64,000 nucleotides of DNA from Candidatus Omnitrophota bacterium (GTDB lineage Bacteria > Omnitrophota > Gorgyraeia > 2-01-FULL-45-10), in NCBI GenBank assembly GCA_026387175.1, contig JAPLME010000007.1:64487-128486 (forward strand), read 5' to 3'. The notes under the pieces were generated by a model. It did no database searches. It had not been told where the DNA came from and saw only the letters and a list, made by a program, of their open reading frames with translations. Shown here piece after piece: positions 52,201 through 60,037 of this stretch. Position 1 is the stretch's first letter. The number at the start of each line of letters is the position of its first letter. Both the position numbers and the translations under genes were made by a program.

Positions 52201-53746
52201 GAAGCTGGGGTTTATTGGAAAGAATAGCGTGAGGTGTGTCATTCCCCATTGAGCCGACGGGCTCCTTTCCTTCCTCAGACATCGGTTTTAAAATAAATTT
52301 CATATCATCTCGCGTATAGCCGAAGGCCTTTAGCGTTTTAAGAAGGGGTTCTTTATATCTCTTCGGTTTTTTAATGTTTGTAACGTCGGCAAGTTCCACG
52401 AGATTTGATTTAAGCCATTTCCCGTAAGGTTTCCTCCCGGCCATCTCTTCCTTAATTTCCCCGTCATTGACGATCCTCCCTTTTTCGGTATCAATGAAGA
52501 GTATCTTGCCGGGTTCCAACCTGCCGGAGATAAGAATGTCCGCAGGAGCTATATCTAGGACACCGACCTCCGATGCCATCACGACGATCTCTTTCTTGGT
52601 GACTATATACCGCGCAGGCCTCAGCCCGTTCCTGTCTAGGAGCGCGCCGATGCTCGTTCCATCGGTGAAGGCCATTGCGGCCGGGCCATCCCACGGCTCC
52701 ATCAGGCAGGAATGATATTTATAGAAATCGACATGGCTCCTGCTCATAAGGGCATTCCCTTCCCATGCGCTCGGGATCAGCATCATCATCGCGTGAGGAA
52801 GAGATCTCCCGGAGAGTACCAGCAGCTCAAAGACATTATCGATTGTAGCTGAGTCGCTGCCACCGGGGACTATTACGGGATATAGCTTCTTTATGTCTTT
52901 ACCGAATAGCTCGCTTTCCAGCAGTTTCTCTCTCGCCTTCATCCAGTTTATATTGCCGCGCAGCGTATTGATCTCTCCGTTGTGGGCGAGGAACCTGAAT
53001 GGCTGCGACAGGTCCCATGTCGGGAAAGTGTTGGTGCTGTATCGGGAATGGACGAGGCAGATGGCGCTCTTAACGAGCGGGCTTTTCAAGTCCGGAAAAA
53101 AATTTTCAACCTGGTTGGGCATTAACAGCCCTTTATAAGAAAATGTTCTGGACGATAGATTTGTGATATAGAAAAAAGATCTCTGCGCGATGGCCGAAGA
53201 ACGCACAGAATTCTCGACCCTTTTTCTTATAATATAAAGCTTGCGTTCAAACTCGAGGATGTCTTTGATCTTTTCATTTTTCGCAATAAATACCTGCTCG
53301 ATCCCGGGTTCCGTCTCTTTTGCCGTATGCCCGATATCGGAATTATCTACGGGCACCTTTCTCCAGCCAAGCAGTGTCTGGCCCTCTTCCTTGATAACTT
53401 TTCTGAAAAGCTCTTTACAGAATGTGCCTGCGGCCTTATCCGTAGGAAGGAATACGAGCCCTGTGCCGTAACTGCCTCTTGACGGCAGTTCTATATTGCA
53501 AGCTAGGCAGGACTTCTTGAAGAATTCATGAGGGATCTGGATCAATATCCCGGCGCCGTCGCCTGTCTTGGGGTCCGCCCCCGTTGCGCCTCGATGAGCG
53601 AGGCGGTTTAAGACCTCGAGTCCTTGCTTCACTATCGTATTTGACGACTTGCCTTTAATATTACAGACAAATCCCACCCCGCACGCATCATGCTCGAAAC
53701 GCGGATCGTACAATCCTTGCGCGGGTGGTAAATGTTTATACTGCAT
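49214..53746 (-). CDS. gltB: Glutamate synthase large subunit
   Basis: EHDACGVGF, HSRYSTNTFP, KQVASGRFGV, GAKPGEGGQLPG and CHLNNCSVG motifs. Confidence 0.98.
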   Translation of the reverse strand: MQYKHLPPAQGLYDPRFEHDACGVGFVCNIKGKSSNTIVKQGLEVLNRLAHRGATGADPKTGDGAGILIQIPHEFFKKSCLACNIELPSRGSYGTGLVFLPTDKAAGTFCKELFRKVIKEEGQTLLGWRKVPVDNSDIGHTAKETEPGIEQVFIAKNEKIKDILEFERKLYIIRKRVENSVRSSAIAQRSFFYITNLSSRTFSYKGLLMPNQVENFFPDLKSPLVKSAICLVHSRYSTNTFPTWDLSQPFRFLAHNGEINTLRGNINWMKAREKLLESELFGKDIKKLYPVIVPGGSDSATIDNVFELLVLSGRSLPHAMMMLIPSAWEGNALMSRSHVDFYKYHSCLMEPWDGPAAMAFTDGTSIGALLDRNGLRPARYIVTKKEIVVMASEVGVLDIAPADILISGRLEPGKILFIDTEKGRIVNDGEIKEEMAGRKPYGKWLKSNLVELADVTNIKKPKRYKEPLLKTLKAFGYTRDDMKFILKPMSEEGKEPVGSMGNDTPHAILSNKPQLLFTYFKQLFAQVTNPAIDPIREECVMSLESFIGPQRNILSETPEHCHKLHIKEPILTDEGLEKIRNIRQNGFRTKTIPLLFNPSNEKNFVKTIDKVCKEAESAIKNGYSFIILSDRGVDKDNAALPSLLAAGAVHHHLVRKFLRTQIGIIIESGEPREVHHFALLFGYGADCVNPYLSYEAIRNMAQNSEITINAKKALKNYRKALYHGILKVLSKMGISTLQSYRGSQIFEAIGLNNEIIDKCFSGTVSRIGGAGFGEIARETLLKHGEAYPAFIVNAPYLSPGGAYQWKRDGEFHLWNPDTIAALQDATRKNDYKKYSEFAALVNNQSGNPTTLRSLLKFKYSGKPIPIEEVEPAEVIFKRFATGAMSFGSISKAAHETLAIAMNRIGGKSNTGEGGEDPARFIPLPNGDSTRSAIKQVASGRFGVTTNYLVNADELQIKIAQGAKPGEGGQLPGHKVSAIIARTRYTTPGVTLISPPPHHDIYSIEDLAQLIFDLKNVNPRARISVKLVSEVGVGTVAAGVAKGHADMILISGGDGGTGASPLGSIKHAGAPWELGLSETHQTLVLNDLRSRVRLQTDGQMRTGRDVAIAALLGAEEYGFCTAALIISGCVMLRHCHLNNCSVGVATQDEILERKFQGRPEYVINFFHFVAGELREIMASLGIRTIDEMIGRTDLLEVNNDILPPKAKNIDFSKILFKPDSPERVSTHCTIKQDHGIDKILDLELNDMLEDAIKKGTKARIEMNIKNINRTTGAALSGRLCGIHGEQGLPEDTLRCKFKGTAGQSFGAWLASGITFELEGMANDYVGKGISGGKIIIYPDRNTDYVPEENIIIGNTAFYGAITGEAYIRGVAGERFCIRNSGLLTVVEGLGDHGCEYMTGGKVVVLGRTGRNFGAGMSGGMAYVYDIDGDFKNKCNMEMVVLEKINKEDEIALKGLLANHYRYSKSTLAKGILENFKSASRHFVKVMPMEYKRILNASRVEAKTDLSEASDG

Positions 53747-53768
53747 AAACTGATCCTAATTTAATTAT

Positions 53769-53807
53769 GATAAAAACGCCTTCCTGAAGAAGAAAGGCGT
53801 TTTTATC
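53769..53807. terminator. Intrinsic terminator-like hairpin between glnA and gltB
   Basis: 14-bp perfect inverted repeat GATAAAAACGCCTT/AAGGCGTTTTTATC. Confidence 0.75.
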
Positions 53808-53820
53808 TGTTATCTTAGCC

Positions 53821-56013
53821 CTACTTAATAAAAAGCATCTCTCTGTATTTCGGCAGATCCCAGTGCTCGTCCGGCACTACCCTCTCCAGATCGTCGACAT
53901 GCTTTCGTATGTGCTCCATCAAAGGCTTCAGCTCATTGAAATAAAGCTTGGCCTTTTTCTCATGGCCTATCGTGTTTGCCTTTTCGAGCAGTTTTACCAG
54001 CGCGGCGGTATTGCGCCGTACATAGTATATCTTAGCTACGACCTCCGCCAGATGCTCTTTCTGGTCTTTAAGTGCCGCTTCGTCTACCTTTAGAGCGGCA
54101 TCTTTCTTCAATCGAACTACCTTTAATAGATTGTCCGCCAGCATCTCTTCGTATTCCATACTGGCAGGAACAACGGTTGAATTCACCATCTCATTCAGGG
54201 TGTTTGCCTCGATCTCGATCATCGTATCATAGGTATGCACCCATATATGGTAGCGCGCGATTATCTCTTCGGCCGAGAAGACTTTGTATTTCTCGAATAA
54301 GGCGATATTCTTTTTATCCGCGAGCGCCTTCAGGGCTTCGCATGTCGAAGCGACATTGGGGAGGCCTCTTTTCTTGGCCTCCTTCAGCCATTCCTCGGCA
54401 TAATTGTTTCCCTCGAAACGGATATCTTTGGTCTCTTTAGCTATTTTGGCGATCACGCGCAAGGCCGCTGTATTGAAATCTTTGCCGCTCGAAGCTTTTC
54501 TTATCTCCTCAGCTACGTAATCAAGCGAATCGGCAATAATAGTATTCACCATCGTAGCCGGCGTAGATATGTTCTGGGACGACCCGACAGCCCTAAACTC
54601 GAATTTTGCCCCGGTAAACGCGAAGGGCGAAGTGCGGTTTCTGTCGGTCGTATCCTTATTGAATCTGGGCAGCCTTGCCACGCCCAGATCTATGATGTCC
54701 CTTTTTGAGACCTTATTCTTCGAGCCCTTCTCTATCATATTGAGAATGGCGTTCAGCTGGTCACCGAGATATACGCTTATGATCGCCGGGGGCGCTTCGT
54801 TCGCGCCTAACCTGTGCTCGTTACCCGCAAGGGCGACGCTTGCCCTTAAGAGATCCGCGTGTAGATATACCGCCCGCAATACCGCCACCAGCACCGCCAG
54901 AAACTGCAGATTGTCTTCCGGCGTGTCACCTGGGTTGAGAAGGTTATTACCCTTATCATCGGCAAGCGACCAATTCAAGTGTTTGCCGCTGCCATTGATC
55001 CCCGCGAACGGTTTTTCATGCAAGAGACATACCAGATTATGCCGTAATGCCACTTTCTTCATGATCTCCATCAAGAGCAGGTTGTGGTCCGTTGCTATAT
55101 TCGATTCCTCGAATACAGGCGCGAACTCATATTGATGCGGCGCTACCTCATTGTGCCTGGTCATCACAGGTATGCCGAGCTTGTAGGCCTCTTCAGCCAC
55201 TTCAAACATGTAGTTCACCACGCGTTCTTTGATAGCGCCGAAATACTGGTCTTCCAGCTGCTGCCCTTTCGGAGACGACGCTCCAACGAGCGTGCGTCCG
55301 GTCATTATAAGGTCCGGCCTCAGGTTATAGTAATTCTTATCGATCAGAAAATATTCCTGCTCCGGCCCGCAGGTAGATACCACCTTTTTCACGTCCTTGT
55401 GCCCGAAAAGCTTCAATAAATTTACGGCGGCTTTACTGAGCGCTTCATCCGAACGCAGAAGCGGCAATTTTTTGTCAAGGGCTTCGCCATTATAGGAGAT
55501 GAAGATGGTCGGTATGCAGAGAGTCTTGCCGAGAGCTGCTTCTATGATGAATGCCGGGCTCGAAGGGTCCCATGCCGTATATCCGCGGGCCTCAAATGTG
55601 GCGCGGATACCGCCTGATGGGAAGGAACTTGCGTCCGGCTCGCCCTGGATAAGTTTATTACCGGAGAACTTCTCTATCACCACCCCCGGTGAGGTTATCG
55701 ATATGAAGCTGTCGTGCTTTTCCGCCGTGAGCCCGGTCATCGGCTGGAACCAATGCGTGTAGTAGGTTGCGCCTTTAGAGATCGCCCAGTCTTTCATCTT
55801 ATCGGCGATCTCGTTCGCCTGCTCGATCGTTATCGTTACGCCTTCCGTCATCCAGCGTTTAAACGCCTTGAACGTGCTTTCGGAGATATATTTCTTCATG
55901 GACTCCACATTGAAAGTGTTCTCTCCGAAATACGAGGATACCTTCTTAGGAATCGCTACCTTTTCGAGCTCAGGACCTTTTACTCTGAATAATGCTTTCT
56001 GTCTGATTGCCAT
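53821..56013 (-). CDS. glnA: Glutamine synthetase type III
   Basis: HWFQPMTG.TAEKHD, GEPDASSFP, HEKPFAGINGSGKH and DRNRTSPFAFTG motifs. True start is the ATG at 56013 after GGAGG; the longer ORF-track start reads through the repeat element. Confidence 0.95.
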   Translation of the reverse strand: MAIRQKALFRVKGPELEKVAIPKKVSSYFGENTFNVESMKKYISESTFKAFKRWMTEGVTITIEQANEIADKMKDWAISKGATYYTHWFQPMTGLTAEKHDSFISITSPGVVIEKFSGNKLIQGEPDASSFPSGGIRATFEARGYTAWDPSSPAFIIEAALGKTLCIPTIFISYNGEALDKKLPLLRSDEALSKAAVNLLKLFGHKDVKKVVSTCGPEQEYFLIDKNYYNLRPDLIMTGRTLVGASSPKGQQLEDQYFGAIKERVVNYMFEVAEEAYKLGIPVMTRHNEVAPHQYEFAPVFEESNIATDHNLLLMEIMKKVALRHNLVCLLHEKPFAGINGSGKHLNWSLADDKGNNLLNPGDTPEDNLQFLAVLVAVLRAVYLHADLLRASVALAGNEHRLGANEAPPAIISVYLGDQLNAILNMIEKGSKNKVSKRDIIDLGVARLPRFNKDTTDRNRTSPFAFTGAKFEFRAVGSSQNISTPATMVNTIIADSLDYVAEEIRKASSGKDFNTAALRVIAKIAKETKDIRFEGNNYAEEWLKEAKKRGLPNVASTCEALKALADKKNIALFEKYKVFSAEEIIARYHIWVHTYDTMIEIEANTLNEMVNSTVVPASMEYEEMLADNLLKVVRLKKDAALKVDEAALKDQKEHLAEVVAKIYYVRRNTAALVKLLEKANTIGHEKKAKLYFNELKPLMEHIRKHVDDLERVVPDEHWDLPKYREMLFIK

Positions 56014-56022
56014 AATTCCTCC

Positions 56023-56127
56023 AAGTTTATTCATCCATATTACAGGCTGAGTGCCGATATCCTTGATATCGGCCAAGTTTATTAAGCCGTATTGTAGACT
56101 AAGTGCCGATGTCTCTGACATCGGCCT
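56023..56127 (-). repeat. 52-bp tandem double-hairpin element, copy 2 (upstream of the glnA RBS)
   Basis: Anchors at 56051 and 56103; GCCGATATC-CTT-GATATCGGC and compensated GCCGATGTC-TCT-GACATCGGC. Confidence 0.88.
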
Positions 56128-56140
56128 TTAAAGTGTAAAT

Positions 56141-56251
56141 AAAAAACGTTCGTTTCTCCCCTTTATCTCTTAAAGAAAATATCGGGTCGCCTCGAACGTC
56201 GATGTTCTTATCATTTTATTTTATCTGCTGTTATTGGCACTTCTCTGTGCC
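56141..56251 (-). promoter_or_regulatory. Predicted ANTAR dual-hairpin antiterminator with overlapping terminator in the glnA leader
   Basis: Hairpins GGCAC-AGAGAA-GUGCC (56236-56251) and GAAC-AUCGAC-GUUC (56194-56207), both with A1/G4 hexaloops. The second overlaps the terminator arm ACGUUCG...CGAACGU followed by a U tract. Confidence 0.8.
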
Positions 56252-56256
56252 CGAAA

Positions 56257-56285
56257 ATCGTACCACACTCTCCGTGATTGTGCAA
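56257..56285 (-). promoter_or_regulatory. Sigma70-type promoter for glnA
   Basis: TTGCAC, 17 bp, TACGAT with TG extension, just upstream of the first ANTAR-type hairpin. Confidence 0.65.
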
Positions 56286-56299
56286 GCACATTAATAGCG

Positions 56300-56677
56300 T
56301 TATGCTATTTTCCATTTGCCTGCATTGATGCCCAGCCTTTTTATCTTCACCCGCATCGTATTTCGGTTTATGCCCAATATTCGCGCGGCCTTCAGTTGGT
56401 TGCCGTCGGTTCTCTTCAGGGCGCGTTCGATAAGCGGTCTCTCGATCTTTTCCAGTATCGCTTTATAGATCGCGCCGCGCTTTTCTTCATACAGCAGGCC
56501 CTCCATTTCGATGATTTTTTCTTCCAGGGAATCGATTGAAACTGCGTCATCATCTTTATGAGCGTGAATTACGCCGTTACCAACGCTTCCTGATATCAGA
56601 TACCCTTTTTCTTTCAGCAATTGCGCTAAAAGTCCGCTTACTTTCTTTTCACAACTTGACGCCGTGATAGTTATCAT
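56300..56677 (-). CDS. Fis/NtrC-C-terminus-like HTH DNA-binding protein
   Basis: IERPLIERALKRTDGNQLKAARILGINRNT motif; no AAA+ or receiver domain. Confidence 0.82.
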   Translation of the reverse strand: MITITASSCEKKVSGLLAQLLKEKGYLISGSVGNGVIHAHKDDDAVSIDSLEEKIIEMEGLLYEEKRGAIYKAILEKIERPLIERALKRTDGNQLKAARILGINRNTMRVKIKRLGINAGKWKIA

Positions 56678-57369
56678 ATCCCCCTTTCGTCGGCGATCCT
56701 AATAAAATTGCCGTACAGCAGCGCCGCGTGTTTTTTATAGGCCTTTTCTATCCGTCTATATCGTTCGAGAAACCCGTTCTTATCGACTTTAAACGGAGAT
56801 GCTTCGCACCATTCTTCGATCATCCGCATTGTCATCTCGGGATGGAATTGAATTGCCCACGCGCATTCACCTATGCGGGCTGCCTGGTTCGGGCATATCT
56901 CGGAATAGGCGAGCGAAGTTCCATTCCGCGGAATATCGAACATATCTTCATGCCAGTGAAATGTTTCGACCAGATGCGGCAGGCCGCTAAAAAAGGGATC
57001 TGAATCTGCCTCTTTAGCGAGGCGCACCGGATGCCAGCCAATCTCTATTTCATCGGCCTTGAGCACTTTGGCGCCCATGCATTTGACCAACAACTGCGCG
57101 CCAAGGCATATCCCAAGGGTCGGTATTTCATGCTCGATCGCGCCTCTTAAAAATTCATCCTCGAGGGCCAAAAACGGATAGCGTTCTTCTTCATAGACGT
57201 TCATCGGCCCGCCGAGAGATACGATCGCCTTACAATCGTCGAGAGCGGGAAGTTTGCCCGTCTCCCCCGGTTCGACGACCCTGAAAGGACGGCCTGTTGC
57301 GATCAAGTGTTCTTCGAGCGTACCTGCGCCTTCTATCTTCTCATGCTTGACGACCAGTATTGTGCGCAT
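56674..57369 (-). CDS. Type 1 glutamine amidotransferase
   Basis: GGPMNVY, LGICLGAQL and QFHPE catalytic triad motifs. Confidence 0.92.
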   Translation of the reverse strand: MRTILVVKHEKIEGAGTLEEHLIATGRPFRVVEPGETGKLPALDDCKAIVSLGGPMNVYEEERYPFLALEDEFLRGAIEHEIPTLGICLGAQLLVKCMGAKVLKADEIEIGWHPVRLAKEADSDPFFSGLPHLVETFHWHEDMFDIPRNGTSLAYSEICPNQAARIGECAWAIQFHPEMTMRMIEEWCEASPFKVDKNGFLERYRRIEKAYKKHAALLYGNFIRIADERGI

Positions 57370-57402
57370 ATGACAACAATTTCCGTTAGATCTACTGTAC
57401 GC

Positions 57403-57490
57403 AAAAGGTGTTCAAGCCGGTCAACCGCATTAACCAGACTCGAACGCCTATGTTCGCTTTAATCATGCTTAACTAAGCACTGCGACGTGC
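57403..57490 (-). promoter_or_regulatory. Predicted ANTAR dual-hairpin antiterminator in the GATase leader
   Basis: Hairpins GCAC-GUCGCA-GUGC (57477-57490) and CGAAC-AUAGGC-GUUCG (57441-57456). The latter overlaps a long G-U-containing stem (57410-57445) followed by a short U4. Confidence 0.72.
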
Positions 57491-57524
57491 CTAAAAACTA
57501 TACAATGTTACAAGTACTAACAGT

Positions 57525-58055
57525 TCAATTTTGGTAACCGATATTGTTCCTTAAGAGCCTTATTTTACTCTTAAGCCGGGAACGGATCTTGACCACCATC
57601 ACGTGAGAGATGTTGAGCCGTTTGCCGATCTCTCTTACCGTAAGCCCGTCATACGAGAGCTCTAGCACTTCCCTTTCCCGCGCATCCATATTCTCTCCTG
57701 CGGATTCTCTCAACAGCCTCTCGTCGACATCTTTTGCTATATTTTGCGAATTATCCGGTATCAGATTTTCGAGAGAAGTGTCATCATTTTCCGAAAATTC
57801 GTTAAAACTTGTAAAGGCCGCCTTATCGACCGCTGTGCGAATATAGTTCTTAAGGTAAAAGTAGCATCCTTGGAGTATGTAGCTATCCGTCTTGCCGGAA
57901 AGGCTGCCATTGGCAAACGTTACCCATAAATGAGCGAGCGCCTCTTGGAATAGGTCATCGTCATTGAAGAACGTGAAGCGCCCGTTAAGCCTGTGCGCTA
58001 TCCCGCGTAAGCGCGGCGACAGCCTCTTTAACATATCTTCAAAATTTTTATACAT
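57525..58055 (-). CDS. Alternative sigma70-family (ECF-like/SigH-like) sigma factor
   Basis: Region 2 DDLFQEALAHLW and region 4 REREVLEL..DGLTVREIGKRLNISH. Start moved to ATG 58055 after GAGGTG. Confidence 0.87.
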   Translation of the reverse strand: MYKNFEDMLKRLSPRLRGIAHRLNGRFTFFNDDDLFQEALAHLWVTFANGSLSGKTDSYILQGCYFYLKNYIRTAVDKAAFTSFNEFSENDDTSLENLIPDNSQNIAKDVDERLLRESAGENMDAREREVLELSYDGLTVREIGKRLNISHVMVVKIRSRLKSKIRLLRNNIGYQN

Positions 58056-58071
58056 ATAGATCACCTCGATC

Positions 58072-58150
58072 AAATAAAAAAGCCCTTTTGCGCGCTCTAA
58101 TGCGCTAAAAGGGCTTCCTCGCTCTTTACGGCTATTTCTCAGCTATGAGA
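58072..58150 (-). promoter_or_regulatory. Terminator with predicted ANTAR-type hairpins in the sigma factor leader
   Basis: Hairpin UCUC-AUAGCU-GAGA (58137-58150, A1/G4) and a weaker GC-GAGGAA-GC (58113-58122) overlapping the terminator AAGCCCUUUU...AAAAGGGCUU plus U tract. Confidence 0.65.
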
Positions 58151-58166
58151 TATGGCTGCAAGCTTC

Positions 58167-59840
58167 CTATTTATACTTATTCGTGATCGGCATTCTCCTG
58201 TCTTTACCAAGAGCTTTCGGCGTTATCTTTATTCCGGGAGGAGATTGCCTCCTCTTATACTCGCTCTTATCCACCATATTTATTACCTTTGCGACCACCT
58301 CTTCATCGAAACCGAGCTCCGCGATCTCGCCCAGGCTCTTGTCTTCTTCCACATATGCTTTAATTATAGGGTCCAGTATATCGTATGGCGGCAGCGTATC
58401 TCTATCTTTCTGATCATGCCTGAGTTCGGCGGTAGGTTCCTTGGTCATGACCGAGGCCGGAATCACCCTCGAAATACTGTTTCTGTATTTAGCCAATATA
58501 TAAACCAGTGTTTTCGGCACATCCTTTATGATTGCCAGTCCGCCCGCCATATCGCCATAGAGCGTCGCATAACCGGTGCTCATCTCGGATTTATTGCCTG
58601 TTGTAAGCACCAGCCATCCGAATTTGTTCGAAAGCGCCATCAAAATGTTGCCCCTGATGCGCGCCTGCACATTTTCTTCGGTTACGTCCCGCGCGGCGCC
58701 GGCGAAGAGCGGCTCGAACGCGATCAGATATAGTTTATATATGTGGTCTATCGAGATAGCGGTGTAATTTATACCGAGATTAGAGGCCACCTTCCTCGCG
58801 TCGTGTTCTGATTGCTGGGAAGAGTACCTTGTGGACATGAATACGCCCGTCACATTCTCTTTCCCCAGAGCGTCCGACGCTAATACCACCACGAGCGAAG
58901 AATCTATCCCGCCGCTTAATCCTATGATAACTTTAGTGAAGCCGTTCTTTGCCGTATAGTCCTTAAGCCCCAGGAGGAGAGCCTGGTAAATCTCTGCGGT
59001 CTCACCCAGAGGGCTTATCTCTTTCCGCGTTAGCGCCGGTTTTGATTTTTCGCTTAATTTATTCGATACGATTACCGCGTTTTCGGCTATTTCGGCGCCC
59101 TTTGTCTCTATCTCTATATCCGTAACAAGCAGGTCCTCTTTAAAGGCCTCGGCCCTCGCTATGACTTTCCCTTGCGGGTCGATGACCATGCTCTGCCCGT
59201 CGAATACGATCTCATCCTGTCCACCGACAAGGTTCGCGTAAACTATGTACACATTATTGGCCTTAGCGCCGCGTTTCGCTATCTCCTCTCTCTCCAATAT
59301 CTTACCGGCGTGATAGGGCGATGAGTTAATATTTATTATCAGCTTTGCCCCTAAAGAGGCCTCTTGCAATAGCGGTCCTTCTTTATGCCAGATATCCTCG
59401 CATATATTAACGCCGAACCCGATATCGTCGATCCTGAAAATTTGCGGCACACTGCCGGTATTGAAATAGCGCTTCTCGTCAAATACACCGTAGTTAGGCA
59501 GTATCATCTTGTGATATAGTCCCTTAACGATGCCTTTATGCATGACGGCCGCGGAATTGTAAATGTCCTTACCTTCCCGGCCGACGAAACCGACCACAAC
59601 TACGATATCATTTACTGACTTCGCCACCTTCTTCATCATGTCGATATTGTCGGAGATGAATTTTGGCTTAAGCAGTAGATCCTCGGGCGGATAGCCGGTT
59701 ATGGCAAGCTCGGGGAAGGCGACTATATCCGCCCCTGCGGCCTTAGCCTTTCGGATATAATCGATGATCTTTAAGGCGTTGTTTTCCAGGTCACCCACCG
59801 TACAATTGATCTGCGCTATAGCTACCCTAATATTTTTCAT
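58167..59840 (-). CDS. nadE: Glutamine-dependent NAD+ synthetase
   Basis: Nitrilase domain (FPELAITGYPPEDL, LPNYGVFDEKRYF, ICEDIW) plus synthetase motifs SGGIDS, NVQARIR and TGNKSE. Confidence 0.96.
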   Translation of the reverse strand: MKNIRVAIAQINCTVGDLENNALKIIDYIRKAKAAGADIVAFPELAITGYPPEDLLLKPKFISDNIDMMKKVAKSVNDIVVVVGFVGREGKDIYNSAAVMHKGIVKGLYHKMILPNYGVFDEKRYFNTGSVPQIFRIDDIGFGVNICEDIWHKEGPLLQEASLGAKLIININSSPYHAGKILEREEIAKRGAKANNVYIVYANLVGGQDEIVFDGQSMVIDPQGKVIARAEAFKEDLLVTDIEIETKGAEIAENAVIVSNKLSEKSKPALTRKEISPLGETAEIYQALLLGLKDYTAKNGFTKVIIGLSGGIDSSLVVVLASDALGKENVTGVFMSTRYSSQQSEHDARKVASNLGINYTAISIDHIYKLYLIAFEPLFAGAARDVTEENVQARIRGNILMALSNKFGWLVLTTGNKSEMSTGYATLYGDMAGGLAIIKDVPKTLVYILAKYRNSISRVIPASVMTKEPTAELRHDQKDRDTLPPYDILDPIIKAYVEEDKSLGEIAELGFDEEVVAKVINMVDKSEYKRRQSPPGIKITPKALGKDRRMPITNKYK

Positions 59841-59866
59841 TATCAGGCCGCCTTATGGTAATAAAT

Positions 59867-59961
59867 AAAAAACGCCCATTTCCCTTCGTAGGATTTGGAC
59901 GTCTTAGTCTTGATAAATAAAAAATCTTCCTGCAATTCGTGCGGGAAGACATCCTTGTCTT
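59867..59961 (-). promoter_or_regulatory. Tandem terminators in the nadE leader, each overlapped by a hexaloop hairpin
   Basis: AAGAC-AAGGAU-GUCUU (59946-59961) overlaps terminator 1 (UCUUCC...GGAAGA-U6). GAC-UAAGAC-GUC (59898-59909) overlaps terminator 2 (CGUCCA...UGGGCG-U6). Confidence 0.72.
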
Positions 59962-59976
59962 TTGATCTTCATACCC

Positions 59977-60004
59977 AGTATACCATGGATTGTGTTTATG
60001 TCAA
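59977..60004 (-). promoter_or_regulatory. Sigma70-type promoter for nadE
   Basis: TTGACA, 16 bp, TATACT with TG extension. Confidence 0.7.
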
Positions 60005-60037
60005 TATAAATCACTAAATATTAGAATTCCTAACCTG

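Noticed and set aside
47674-53769. Shared CATAATTAAA 10-mer after the terminators upstream of gltB (53760-53769) and the hydrogenase operon (47674-47683)
   Set aside because: Short and AT-rich; it could be a -10 element or chance, and two instances are not enough support.
53747-53820. ANTAR site upstream of gltB
   Set aside because: A terminator-like hairpin is present, but no stem with an A1/G4 hexaloop overlapping it could be found.
56014-56121. 36-aa N-terminal extension of glutamine synthetase in the ORF track
   Set aside because: It is read-through of the repeat element; the GGAGG RBS points to ATG 56013.
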